Source: an uncultured Gammaproteobacteria bacterium
GTDB taxonomy: Bacteria > Pseudomonadota > Gammaproteobacteria > Steroidobacterales > JABDMI01
Length of the DNA: 39,516 nucleotides
Direction: 5' to 3'
Assembly: GCA_938039225.1 (NCBI GenBank)
Contig: CALHVH010000003.1
Coordinates: 1-39,516 of the forward strand
A model generated the notes under the pieces. That model searched no databases, was not told where the DNA came from, and worked only from the letters and a program-made list of their open reading frames with translations. Positions 1 to 7,880 of this stretch are shown in pieces. Made by a program: the position numbers and the translations under genes. Position 1 is the first letter of the stretch. Each line of letters opens with the position of its first letter.

Positions 1-779
1 TGGTCCAAAATGACAGAAAATTGTTCTCTTATGGATTGTGGTAATAGATATTTATCGGTATGGATTTGCGTATCTTTATAACGTTGATCGGCCAAAAAGT
101 TGTCTGCAATTTTATTGATACTTGCTGACAGTAACTCGCCATAGGCAGGTGCTCTAAAACCAATAGATGCTGTAATGCAGTCATCCGAAAGTGCGGTACC
201 CCAATGTGCCACCCCCGCTGGGATATAAATCATGTCACCAGAATCTAAAACATGTCTTTCTTTTTCTACAAAATTTTCTAAGAGCTTCATATCCGAGTGA
301 TCACGTAATTGAGATGCACTATCGCAATCTTGTCCGATAATCCACTCGCGCTGACCTGAGGTTTGTAACAGAAAAACATCGTAATAATCGAAGTGCGGCC
401 CCACACCACCACCAGCGGTAGCGTAACTAAACATGACATCGTCTAATCGCCAAGCTGGTAAAAAATCAAAACCTTGGGCTAAGGCTTTAACCTCATCCAT
501 AAAATCATCAACGTTTTGAACTAGCAAGGTCCAATTATTCTCAGGCAGTTGTTCAAAATATTTTTCGGAGAAAGGCCCGTAATCACATGTCCAATCAGTT
601 TGATGGGTATTTGTTTTTATGATTCTCGATTCAATAAATTCCTCACAGGCCATACCAGCTAAGGTCTCTCCTGACATTATCGGTGAGTCAAAACTAAAGG
701 CGCGCCGTACTAAAAGAGGCTTCTTTTGCCAATTGGCTTGTATAAAGGCGGTTTTTGAAAATGAGGGATTTATATGCAT
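1..779 (-). CDS. roxA: Ribosomal protein uL16 arginine hydroxylase-like cupin-4/JmjC oxygenase (RoxA/YcfD family), 3' end truncated by window edge
   Basis: Absent from the ORF track because it runs off the left edge. Manual reverse-complement translation from ATG (plus-strand cat 777-779) gives MHINPSFSKTAFIQANWQKKPLLVRRAFSFDSPIMSGETLAGMACEEFIESR...GGGVGPHFDYYDVFLLQTSGQREW...GDMIYIPAGVAHWG with no stop down to position 1. This is collinear with my recollection of E. coli YcfD (HWQKRPVVLKRGF...GGGVGPHLDQYDVFIIQGTGRRRW...GDILYIPPGFPHEG). Confidence 0.8.
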   Translation of the reverse strand, partial: MHINPSFSKTAFIQANWQKKPLLVRRAFSFDSPIMSGETLAGMACEEFIESRIIKTNTHQTDWTCDYGPFSEKYFEQLPENNWTLLVQNVDDFMDEVKALAQGFDFLPAWRLDDVMFSYATAGGGVGPHFDYYDVFLLQTSGQREWIIGQDCDSASQLRDHSDMKLLENFVEKERHVLDSGDMIYIPAGVAHWGTALSDDCITASIGFRAPAYGELLSASINKIADNFLADQRYKDTQIHTDKYLLPQSIREQFSVILD

Positions 780-1038
780 GTGGAATATATTTAATTATTT
801 TTATCTATAAAAAGGTATGGAAACATCGGAATTATGCTTTAAGATGAAAAGAATAAGAACAAATATATCAGTATAACTATCTGATTAGTATATAAATTTA
901 ATAATCTGTAGGATGCGTGTAAGACCAAATTATGCATGGATTGTGTTAAATTTGTCACAAAATGTTACGTGGTACAGATAACTTAAAAGTCTGATATCAA
1001 ACAAAAAAACATAAAACTAATTACTAAAGGGCGTATTA

Positions 1039-2442
1039 ATGAGTGATTTACAGGACTCAGCGAATCACAATAATGTCAGTGAATTAGCTGTTACTAAAGG
1101 AAAAGTGCTGTTAGTCGGCACGGGGCTAACTACTGCAAAAGTTGAAAGTTTACTAATTAAAAATGCGTGGTCTGTTGATATTGCAGAGACAGTGGATCAA
1201 TTCAGTTCTTCAATTAAAAATGAGAATTATTCTGTTGTTGTCACCGTTTTTTCGGACGATGAAGAAATGCTGAGAAGCATTGAGTATCACGCACTTTCTA
1301 AACATTCCACCAAGTGGATTGCAATCATACCTAATGATGGCTGGTTAAAACGCCATGCAAATAGACGATTTAGTCAAGTTTTTTATGACTATCATCGTGT
1401 TCCAATTATACCGGAGCGATTTATTGATACGGTTGGACATGCCTATGGAATGGCGACTTTTGCAAAAGCAGAACTCGATACCACCTCACAACATCGAGTA
1501 TTAACCACCGATGCCAGTGTGGATGAAATTCTTGGGAAGTCACCACAAATTCGTGAACTTCGACGTATGATCGAATTAGTTTCGAATGAGAATCTCACCG
1601 TGCTCATAACGGGTGAAAGTGGTTCAGGTAAAGAACTAGTTGCTAGGAACCTTCATTTACAGTCTTCACGTAGTAAACATCCTTTTGTGGCGATTAACTG
1701 TGCCTCTATGCCAGAAAGTTTAATTCATCAAGAACTTTTTGGTTATGAAAAGGGTGCTTTTCCAGGAGCAGAGACTAGGACCATTGGTAAAATTGAATCG
1801 GCAGATTTTGGAACTTTGTTTCTAGATAAAATCAGTGATATGCCAATGAGCGTACAAGTCAGTTTGTTACGATTTTTAGAGACACGAAAAATACAAAGAC
1901 TTGGTGGTAAACAAGAACTAGAAATAAATTGTTGTATCGTTTTAGCTGCTGGAACAAACTTAAAACAAGCTGTGGAAGAAGGACGGTTTAGAGAAGATCT
2001 TTATCATCGTATCAATGTTATACCAGTAAAAGTACCTGCCCTACGAGATCATCCTTCTGATATTGCATTATTAGCCGAACATTTTCTTACTCGTTTTAGT
2101 GTGGGTAAAGAGCAAAAATACTTTGCCAGTGAATGTTTTCAATCCATGCAGTCGTACAGTTGGCCAGGAAATATTCGTGAATTAATGAATAAAGTCAAAC
2201 GTGCAGTTGTGTTATCTAAAGATAAAGCGATACTGTCGTCAGATATTGGTTTAGAAAATGTGGATGATACGAATATCGTTGACCTAAGTACGGCTAGACA
2301 GTTAGCTGAGAAAAAAGCTATATTGGATGCATTGGAAAGCACTGGTAATAATCATACTTTGGCTGCTGCAAAACTTGGCATTTCACGAACCAGTCTCTAT
2401 CGATTATTAGCAAAATTTGAGGACACTAGTGAATTAGCTTGA
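1039..2442 (+). CDS. Sigma-54-type enhancer-binding protein (AAA+ / Fis-type HTH) with non-canonical GAFTGA, Walker B and receiver domain
   Basis: Walker A GESGSGKE, REDLYHRINV and WPGNIREL are typical of the bEBP AAA+ core. C-terminal HTH_8 is AAKLGISRTSLYRLLAKF. The N-terminal ~160 aa is receiver-like (KVLLVG...) but lacks the acidic pocket. GAFPGA (1753-1770) replaces GAFTGA, and LFLDK (K codon 1828-1830) replaces LFLDE. Confidence 0.85.
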   Translation: MSDLQDSANHNNVSELAVTKGKVLLVGTGLTTAKVESLLIKNAWSVDIAETVDQFSSSIKNENYSVVVTVFSDDEEMLRSIEYHALSKHSTKWIAIIPNDGWLKRHANRRFSQVFYDYHRVPIIPERFIDTVGHAYGMATFAKAELDTTSQHRVLTTDASVDEILGKSPQIRELRRMIELVSNENLTVLITGESGSGKELVARNLHLQSSRSKHPFVAINCASMPESLIHQELFGYEKGAFPGAETRTIGKIESADFGTLFLDKISDMPMSVQVSLLRFLETRKIQRLGGKQELEINCCIVLAAGTNLKQAVEEGRFREDLYHRINVIPVKVPALRDHPSDIALLAEHFLTRFSVGKEQKYFASECFQSMQSYSWPGNIRELMNKVKRAVVLSKDKAILSSDIGLENVDDTNIVDLSTARQLAEKKAILDALESTGNNHTLAAAKLGISRTSLYRLLAKFEDTSELA

Positions 2443-2461
2443 AATAAAAGTTAATCTTGTT

Positions 2462-2490
2462 AAAAAAGAGAGTTTATACTCTCTTTTTTT
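2462..2490 (+). terminator. Rho-independent terminator downstream of the EBP gene
   Basis: aaaaaa-GAGAGT-ttat-ACTCTC-ttttttt. A 6-bp GC-containing stem (2468-2473 / 2478-2483) extended by A/T pairing, followed by a T-run, 20 nt after the stop codon. Confidence 0.7.
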
Positions 2491-2506
2491 ATGTCCAATA
2501 GAATTT

Positions 2507-2803
2507 ATGAAAACAGAAAAAAAGCCTTGGTCTGTCTATTTACTTCGATGTGTAAATAATGCTCTTTATTGTGGCATAAGTAATGATGTTGAGCGAAGAT
2601 TTACTGAGCATCAGAGCATGGGCAAAAAAACAGCTAAGTTTTTACGAGGAAAAGGCCCTTTGCAATTAGTTTTTCAAGAAATCATTGGTGATCGCTCACT
2701 GGCATCTCAGGTTGAAGCCATAATTAAGACCCTTCCCAAAGCCGATAAAGAATTAATTGTTAAACAACAAGACTTAAGCCTATTTATTGATATACCAAAT
2801 TAG
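2507..2803 (+). CDS. GIY-YIG nuclease family protein (UPF0213/YhbQ-like)
   Basis: N-terminus WSVYLLRCVNNALYCGISNDVERRFTEH matches the GIY-YIG signature (Y..Y.G.t.dl.rR..eH). The 98-aa size is typical. Confidence 0.8.
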   Translation: MKTEKKPWSVYLLRCVNNALYCGISNDVERRFTEHQSMGKKTAKFLRGKGPLQLVFQEIIGDRSLASQVEAIIKTLPKADKELIVKQQDLSLFIDIPN

Positions 2804-3331
2804 TGTCCTTGTAATAAACACTAAATACGCTAATATAATTAAATATATATACCATGGTAAGCTCAGTAATATAGCTTGAATGTTTGGTTCTGGCTCTGCA
2901 ATGTCTGTTGCATTTACTGGTGAAGTTTCTTTGCTTAAACTTGGAAGAATGCTAACAACTAAAGGTTGAGGGGTTGAGTATTTTCCACTTTGATTATTAC
3001 TGTCCATGCCACTAACTCGCCAAAAATACTGACCATTCTCAATATCTTTAAGAGTAACCGTAGGCATTCCAGCTTTTGGAATTTCTCTTATTTTTGTATC
3101 ACAAGCCGCATCGGCGCATAATTCAAAGTTATAAAAATTAGTTTCTTCTAATGCATCCCAAGATAAAATAAATTCCGGAGAATCTACTTCAATTGGATTT
3201 TCAACACTAATGGTTGGTGCTTCTATCTGGGATTCTTGTGCAAGGGGATTAACAAAAGTGAATATAAATACGAAACAGAAAAACGTAATGCCTTTAATAG
3301 TTTGCTTGCGGCTTAAAAATATCCAAGGCAT
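2780..3331 (-). CDS. Exported FN3-like domain protein with C-terminal transmembrane anchor (paralog of the C-terminal part of the upstream LysM/FecR protein)
   Basis: N-terminal hydrophobic signal (ITFFCFVFIFTFVNPLAQE). FN3-like module ILSWDALEETNFYNFELCADAACD...YFWRVSG aligns with IVKWSALEGAASYKLELCNDSSCS...THWRVSG of the neighbour. EPEP linker, then C-terminal TM LPWYIYLIILAYLVFITRTLIWYINK. Confidence 0.6.
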   Translation of the reverse strand: MPWIFLSRKQTIKGITFFCFVFIFTFVNPLAQESQIEAPTISVENPIEVDSPEFILSWDALEETNFYNFELCADAACDTKIREIPKAGMPTVTLKDIENGQYFWRVSGMDSNNQSGKYSTPQPLVVSILPSLSKETSPVNATDIAEPEPNIQAILLSLPWYIYLIILAYLVFITRTLIWYINK

Positions 3332-3368
3332 TTATTAGTTTCGCTATTCATTCTGATTAATTAATATT

Positions 3369-4628
3369 TTAATTATACATAAACCAAACAATGGTTTTAA
3401 TAATGTAAATCAGATATAGAATGCCAATTAGCCAGATGTACCATGGAATTTTTGTCGGTTCCGGCTCTGGTTCCGGCACTGGTTCAGTGACAGTTATTGC
3501 TTGTGTCTCAGATACAAAGCCATCTAAACCCGAAGCACTAATACCTGAAACACGCCAATGTGTTGTACCCAAGGGTAGGTCACTTAATGTTCTACTAGGC
3601 TCTGTTAAACCTTGCTCAATGCGAAAAATCTGAGAACAGCTGGAATCATTACACAGTTCTAATTTATAACTCGCAGCGCCCTCTAATGCGGACCATTTTA
3701 CTATGGGGTTTTCGCCAAGAATCGCTGTTGAAGCATTCTCGCTAGACAGCGTTGAGGCTTCTAGAAGTTTTTCAGGAGGGGATGGAGCTTCGCCTGATTT
3801 GGCAATCGTACCCATTCCTTTTTCTACATCAACCGAGACTCCCCCAGATTCAACCTCTGAGTTACCTGAATACACCATGATTTGAGATGAGTCACCGTTA
3901 GCCAATCTCGCCTTAGTGCTAAGCTTTCCCGCTGCATCTAAGCTGGGTTTTGTACTAACTTCCCCAATTATAATTTCAAATTCATTGAGAGCAGCTGTAT
4001 CAGCCGCCGCAGTGCTATCAATCTTTAACTCTGCTTCTCCTTTTTCGATTTCAATCTCATTTCTTGTGATTCCAGATTCTTGTTTTTCATTACTGATAAA
4101 TAGTCTTGAGTTTTCACTCATCTGTATTCTTGATTCGGAACCAGTATCTTCAACAAAGATTAATACCGCAGAAGATTCAGCTTGAGTTCTTACGCCATCA
4201 TTTGGTTGCAATTCATCGCCAGTTTTTGCATCTAACCAATCGCTTCTTTGTAAGCTTTTGCCGACTTCATTAGCAATGATTTCAATTTTTGCTTGTGCGG
4301 CTTCTACTTCAGGTTCTATTGCTTCGTAGCCAGTAATTATACGAATCATTGAACCCGGTTTTAGATAGTCAAAATTTTCAATTTCAGGATTAACTTCCGC
4401 GTTTAATGACCATAAGTTTGCATCTCCTAGGTATTGTCTAGTTAAACCAGACAATGTGTCACCATCTTGTACTATATGTTCGATAATAATAGCTTGTTGC
4501 TTTTGTTCATCAATTTCTTGCGTTGCTGGGTCAAGGTTTTGAGCGTTGACTGTAAAAGTACACAAAATTGAACCTACAACAACTAGAAATGTTCGTAGTA
4601 AATTAGCTTGTAAAGTTAAAGTATTCAT
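3369..4628 (-). CDS. Exported LysM + FecR-like + FN3-like protein, C-terminally membrane anchored
   Basis: Signal peptide (LVVVGSILCTFTVNAQN). LysM-like HIVQDGDTLSGLTRQYLGDANLWSLNAEVNPEIENFDYLKPGSMIRI (approx 4338-4481). FecR-like stretch DGVRTQAESSAVLIFVEDTGSESRIQMSENSRLFIS. FN3-like module with Cys pair, (EP)n linker, and terminal TM IPWYIWLIGILYLIYIIKTIVWFMYN. Its start overlaps the kinase stop (ATGA, 4625-4628). Confidence 0.7.
   Translation of the reverse strand: MNTLTLQANLLRTFLVVVGSILCTFTVNAQNLDPATQEIDEQKQQAIIIEHIVQDGDTLSGLTRQYLGDANLWSLNAEVNPEIENFDYLKPGSMIRIITGYEAIEPEVEAAQAKIEIIANEVGKSLQRSDWLDAKTGDELQPNDGVRTQAESSAVLIFVEDTGSESRIQMSENSRLFISNEKQESGITRNEIEIEKGEAELKIDSTAAADTAALNEFEIIIGEVSTKPSLDAAGKLSTKARLANGDSSQIMVYSGNSEVESGGVSVDVEKGMGTIAKSGEAPSPPEKLLEASTLSSENASTAILGENPIVKWSALEGAASYKLELCNDSSCSQIFRIEQGLTEPSRTLSDLPLGTTHWRVSGISASGLDGFVSETQAITVTEPVPEPEPEPTKIPWYIWLIGILYLIYIIKTIVWFMYN
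3458..3486. repeat. Imperfect 12-bp tandem repeat (ggttccggcNct x ~2.4) encoding the PEPEPEP linker of the LysM/FecR protein
   Basis: ggttccggctct / ggttccggcact / ggttc read directly. On the minus strand it encodes VPEPEPEP. Confidence 0.6.
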
Positions 4629-6580
4629 TCTAAATTTTTCATATGTTTTCGAATAATCGTTTCAGGTAACATGCGAGTTTCAGCTGTTGAACTTGCATCT
4701 GGGCCACTAGGGTAGTTTTCGGCTTTAGGTGGTACCCATTTTTGAGCACCAAATTCTTTTTCTAAAGCATCAGCGATTAAGTCGGCATCATTAGGTCTAG
4801 TTAGTGGATTTTTTTGTAATAAATATAAAATTGCATTTGATAATGCGGTTGGTATGCGTTCGTTGACTGAACTCGGAGGCTTTGGATCATCCGACAAAGT
4901 ACTTTGTAAAATCTGCTTTAGGGTTCTCCCAGTAAATGGGTTCACTTGAGTAGCACAACGGTAGAGTAGCACACCCATTGCAAATAGGTCAGAACCTGCC
5001 GAATAAGCTCCACCTTCAAGCAGCTCAGGAGCAACATATCCAGGAGTTCCAACAACGTGACCTGTTTCGTTTGTGCTTGAATGAGAGAGTAAATCAGCAA
5101 TACCAAAATCAGTGAGTTTTATTCCGCCATCATAGCCAATTAAAATATTTCCTGGTTTAATGTCGCGGTGAATAATGCCAGCCTTATGCGCCGCACCTAA
5201 ACCGCGCAACATACCAATGGCGAGGGCAGTGACTTGGCTTACCGGCATGGAGTTCCGTTCTGATAGATAGTCGGCAAGACTCATGCCATTGATAAATTCC
5301 ATAGCAACAAGTGCGGATTCATCGGCATCAACCGCATCGTAGACGGTCACAATATTTGGATGCGGAAGTTTAGCTACTAGCTTAGCTTCTTTTACTAATT
5401 GTTCAGCAAGTTGTGCTCGATTAAATTCACTATTAATTTTGCCAATTTTAATGGTTTTAAGCGCTACATCTCTTTCAAGACGAGGGTCATAGCCTTTAAA
5501 CACCGTTCCCATTGCGCCACTGGCAATAACGTCAATCACTTGATAACGACCAAGAAACGTTTTATTGAGTTTTTGTCTATCATTTATGTTTTGTTCAAGT
5601 TGAGCAAAACTAATTTTTAATTGTTCAATTTCACTGCCACCAGCATTACTTAAATCTATTCCGGCTAATTGCTGTTGGGCAGAAACTAATTCTTGAATGG
5701 GTTTAATGATTTTTTTTCTAGCTGCCCAGGCAAAAGCTAGAGCCACTAAAAAGACAAATGAAAAAGCGATAAGCGCCTGTTTAATATATTGTTGAGTGGC
5801 TTTTTCGGCTTTACTTGCCGGTTGACGTGAAACCACCACCCAATCGGTTAAATTGACTTGGGCAAAAGATGCTACCGCTCTAGAACCATTTTGAAAATTG
5901 AAATTATTTGCTGATGAACGTATGTTTGGCGAACTGATTTGTTGTCTTAATGCTTCGGGGAAATTTTGAATTGTACCAAGTAGGCCAGCTACTCTTTCCC
6001 CACTACGTGTAAAAACTCCTAAATCGGCTTCTTTAAGCTCAGGTGGTTGTAGAAATTTTTCAAAGGCCTGTCTTTTAGCCAATAAACGAATACTTAAATT
6101 TTCCTGATCAAGCTTTTGAGTAACTAAAAGCCAAGATTTATTGTCGGCTTCAACAAATTGAAATTTGCTTAAATTAAGATTTTTAAATGCCTCTCTGGCG
6201 GCAAGCCTGTATTCTTTGCTTTGGGCAGATTGAACCAGTTTAATCTCACCCAAGTCTTTTTGAATAATACTCGCTGCGAGCACGTCACTATTGGCTCTAA
6301 GTAAGCCGATTAAAATTTCTTGAGCAGCTATAGAGTCTGGCTTTTGATATAAGTTAGGATTTTTTGCAGCTGATATAGCAATTGAGTTAAGCAGTTCAAA
6401 GTAAGAACTGATTCTATCGGCTGTTGCAAGTACAGAAACAAGATGTGTTTCTTGTACTTGATCAACTAAAGCTTCACGTCCGGATTGGATTTGATATGCC
6501 GTAATAATAAACGGCAAAAGGCCTACTAATGTAAGCCCAATGAGTATCCAGCCCATCAATGAAATCTTAAGATTTTTCAT
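4625..6580 (-). CDS. Membrane receptor-type Hanks (eukaryotic-like) Ser/Thr protein kinase with large extracytoplasmic sensor domain
   Basis: TM1 (GWILIGLTLVGLLPFIITAY), then an extracytoplasmic region of ~240 aa, then TM2 (ALIAFSFVFLVALAFAWAA) and a coiled linker. The full kinase motif set is present: ASGAMGTV, VALKTIK, IHRDIKPGNIL (about 5147-5170), LTDFGIA, GTPGYVAPE. Confidence 0.85.
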   Translation of the reverse strand: MKNLKISLMGWILIGLTLVGLLPFIITAYQIQSGREALVDQVQETHLVSVLATADRISSYFELLNSIAISAAKNPNLYQKPDSIAAQEILIGLLRANSDVLAASIIQKDLGEIKLVQSAQSKEYRLAAREAFKNLNLSKFQFVEADNKSWLLVTQKLDQENLSIRLLAKRQAFEKFLQPPELKEADLGVFTRSGERVAGLLGTIQNFPEALRQQISSPNIRSSANNFNFQNGSRAVASFAQVNLTDWVVVSRQPASKAEKATQQYIKQALIAFSFVFLVALAFAWAARKKIIKPIQELVSAQQQLAGIDLSNAGGSEIEQLKISFAQLEQNINDRQKLNKTFLGRYQVIDVIASGAMGTVFKGYDPRLERDVALKTIKIGKINSEFNRAQLAEQLVKEAKLVAKLPHPNIVTVYDAVDADESALVAMEFINGMSLADYLSERNSMPVSQVTALAIGMLRGLGAAHKAGIIHRDIKPGNILIGYDGGIKLTDFGIADLLSHSSTNETGHVVGTPGYVAPELLEGGAYSAGSDLFAMGVLLYRCATQVNPFTGRTLKQILQSTLSDDPKPPSSVNERIPTALSNAILYLLQKNPLTRPNDADLIADALEKEFGAQKWVPPKAENYPSGPDASSTAETRMLPETIIRKHMKNLE

Positions 6581-6675
6581 GTTGCAATTCTATATATTAA
6601 TAATATGTAAAGTGTGAACTTTTGCTTCAAATCCTTTAAGATTAGTAACTTGACTATGCTTAGGAAATTAATTCG

Positions 6676-7863
6676 ATGCAATATACCAATGGTATTTTTA
6701 CGAAAAGCGTCACACTGACTTGTATTTTGTGTGTTTTGTTTAGCTGTACAAAAAATGATGTTACATCATCCAGCAAGCCAGAAGTAAAATCTGAACCAGT
6801 AAATTTAAAAACTGTTGAGCCAATAAAATCTATTGAATTCATTGATTTGCCAAATGGCTTTAGTATCCAAGTATTTGCTGAGGGTGTAAAAAATGCTAGG
6901 CAGATGGCGTTGGGCGAAAAAGGTACTCTGTTTGTTGGTTCTCGAAGCGCTGGTAATGTTTATGCTTTAGTGGATGCTGATAAAGATAATGTCGTAGAGC
7001 ATATACACCTAATTGCCAGTGAACTGAAAATGCCATCGGGCTTGGTTTTTCACAAGGGTAGCCTTTATGTGGCTGCGGTAGATACAATTTTCCGCTTTGA
7101 TGATATAGAAAATAATTTAGAGTCGCCACCTAGTCCTATTGTTATCACCGATGCTTTTCCTAGCGATGAACACCATGGCTGGAAATATCTTGGGATTGGG
7201 CCTGACAATAAAATGTACGTCCCAGTAGGAGCCCCCTGTAATATTTGTGATGAGCCGGGATATGCTGAAATTAAACGTATGAACTTAGATGGCAGTGAAA
7301 TTGAAACTTTCTCAAAAGGAGTGCGAAATTCAGTTGGCTTTGATTGGCACCCTAAAACCAAAGACTTATGGTTTACGGATAATGGACGCGATTGGTTAGG
7401 GAACGACTCACCTGATTGTGAGTTAAATCATGCACCAGAGTCGGGAATGCATTTTGGTTACCCTTATTGTCATGCAAATGATGTTCTTGATCCAGAGTTT
7501 GGCGGAGATAAATCTTGTGCAGACTTTGTAAAACCTCAGGTTGAACTTGGGCCACATGTTGCCCCATTAGGAATGAAATTTTATACAGGAAATATGTTTC
7601 CTGTTGAATATAAAAATAACGCCTTTATTGCAGAGCATGGTTCATGGAATCGCGATGAAAAAATTGGGTATCGTATTAAACGGGTAGAATTTGATGAGCA
7701 AGGTAATGTTTCTAAGCAAAGTGTGTTTGCTAAGGGATGGTTATCTGATAATAAAAAAGAAGTATTAGGCAGGCCAAATGACGTATTGATCATGCCTGAT
7801 GGTTCTATGTTGGTGTCAGATGATTCGGCGAATAAAATATATCGTATTAGCTATTCAGAGTAA
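6676..7863 (+). CDS. PQQ-dependent sugar (glucose/sorbosone) dehydrogenase family lipoprotein
   Basis: Lipobox LFSC. LPNGFSIQVFAEGVKNARQMALGEKGTLFVGSR...GNVYALVD, PSGLVFHKGSLYVAA, DNGRDWLGND and GSMLVSDDSANKIYRISY are typical of sorbosone/glucose dehydrogenase beta-propellers. Confidence 0.75.
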   Translation: MQYTNGIFTKSVTLTCILCVLFSCTKNDVTSSSKPEVKSEPVNLKTVEPIKSIEFIDLPNGFSIQVFAEGVKNARQMALGEKGTLFVGSRSAGNVYALVDADKDNVVEHIHLIASELKMPSGLVFHKGSLYVAAVDTIFRFDDIENNLESPPSPIVITDAFPSDEHHGWKYLGIGPDNKMYVPVGAPCNICDEPGYAEIKRMNLDGSEIETFSKGVRNSVGFDWHPKTKDLWFTDNGRDWLGNDSPDCELNHAPESGMHFGYPYCHANDVLDPEFGGDKSCADFVKPQVELGPHVAPLGMKFYTGNMFPVEYKNNAFIAEHGSWNRDEKIGYRIKRVEFDEQGNVSKQSVFAKGWLSDNKKEVLGRPNDVLIMPDGSMLVSDDSANKIYRISYSE

Positions 7864-7880
7864 TTTTGCACACATTACGT

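Noticed and set aside
619-810. 63-aa ORF on the + strand from the ORF track
   Set aside because: It lies antisense to the 5' end of the well-supported roxA-like gene on the minus strand. It has no recognisable motif or RBS and is most likely a shadow ORF.
3369-3490. PEPEPEP followed by a TM helix at the C-terminus, as a possible PEP-CTERM sorting signal
   Set aside because: It lacks the terminal Arg-rich cluster of PEP-CTERM, and no exosortase or EPS locus is in the window. The EP run looks like a linker. It is kept only as a generic novel tail-anchor observation.
3421-4185. Three + strand ORFs (70, 60 and 89 aa), rich in Ser/Gly/Pro
   Set aside because: All lie antisense within the LysM/FecR gene. 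Their low-complexity composition mirrors the complement of its codons, so they are treated as shadow ORFs.
6581-6675. Looked for a sigma-54 (-24 GG / -12 GC) promoter upstream of the kinase operon that the nearby EBP could drive
   Set aside because: There is no TGGCAC-N5-TTGC-like element. The only GG...GC pair (aaaGGatttgaaGCaaa on the minus strand) has the wrong spacing. TGGCAC strings elsewhere (e.g. 9870, 25638, 31555) are inside coding regions and lack a -12 element.
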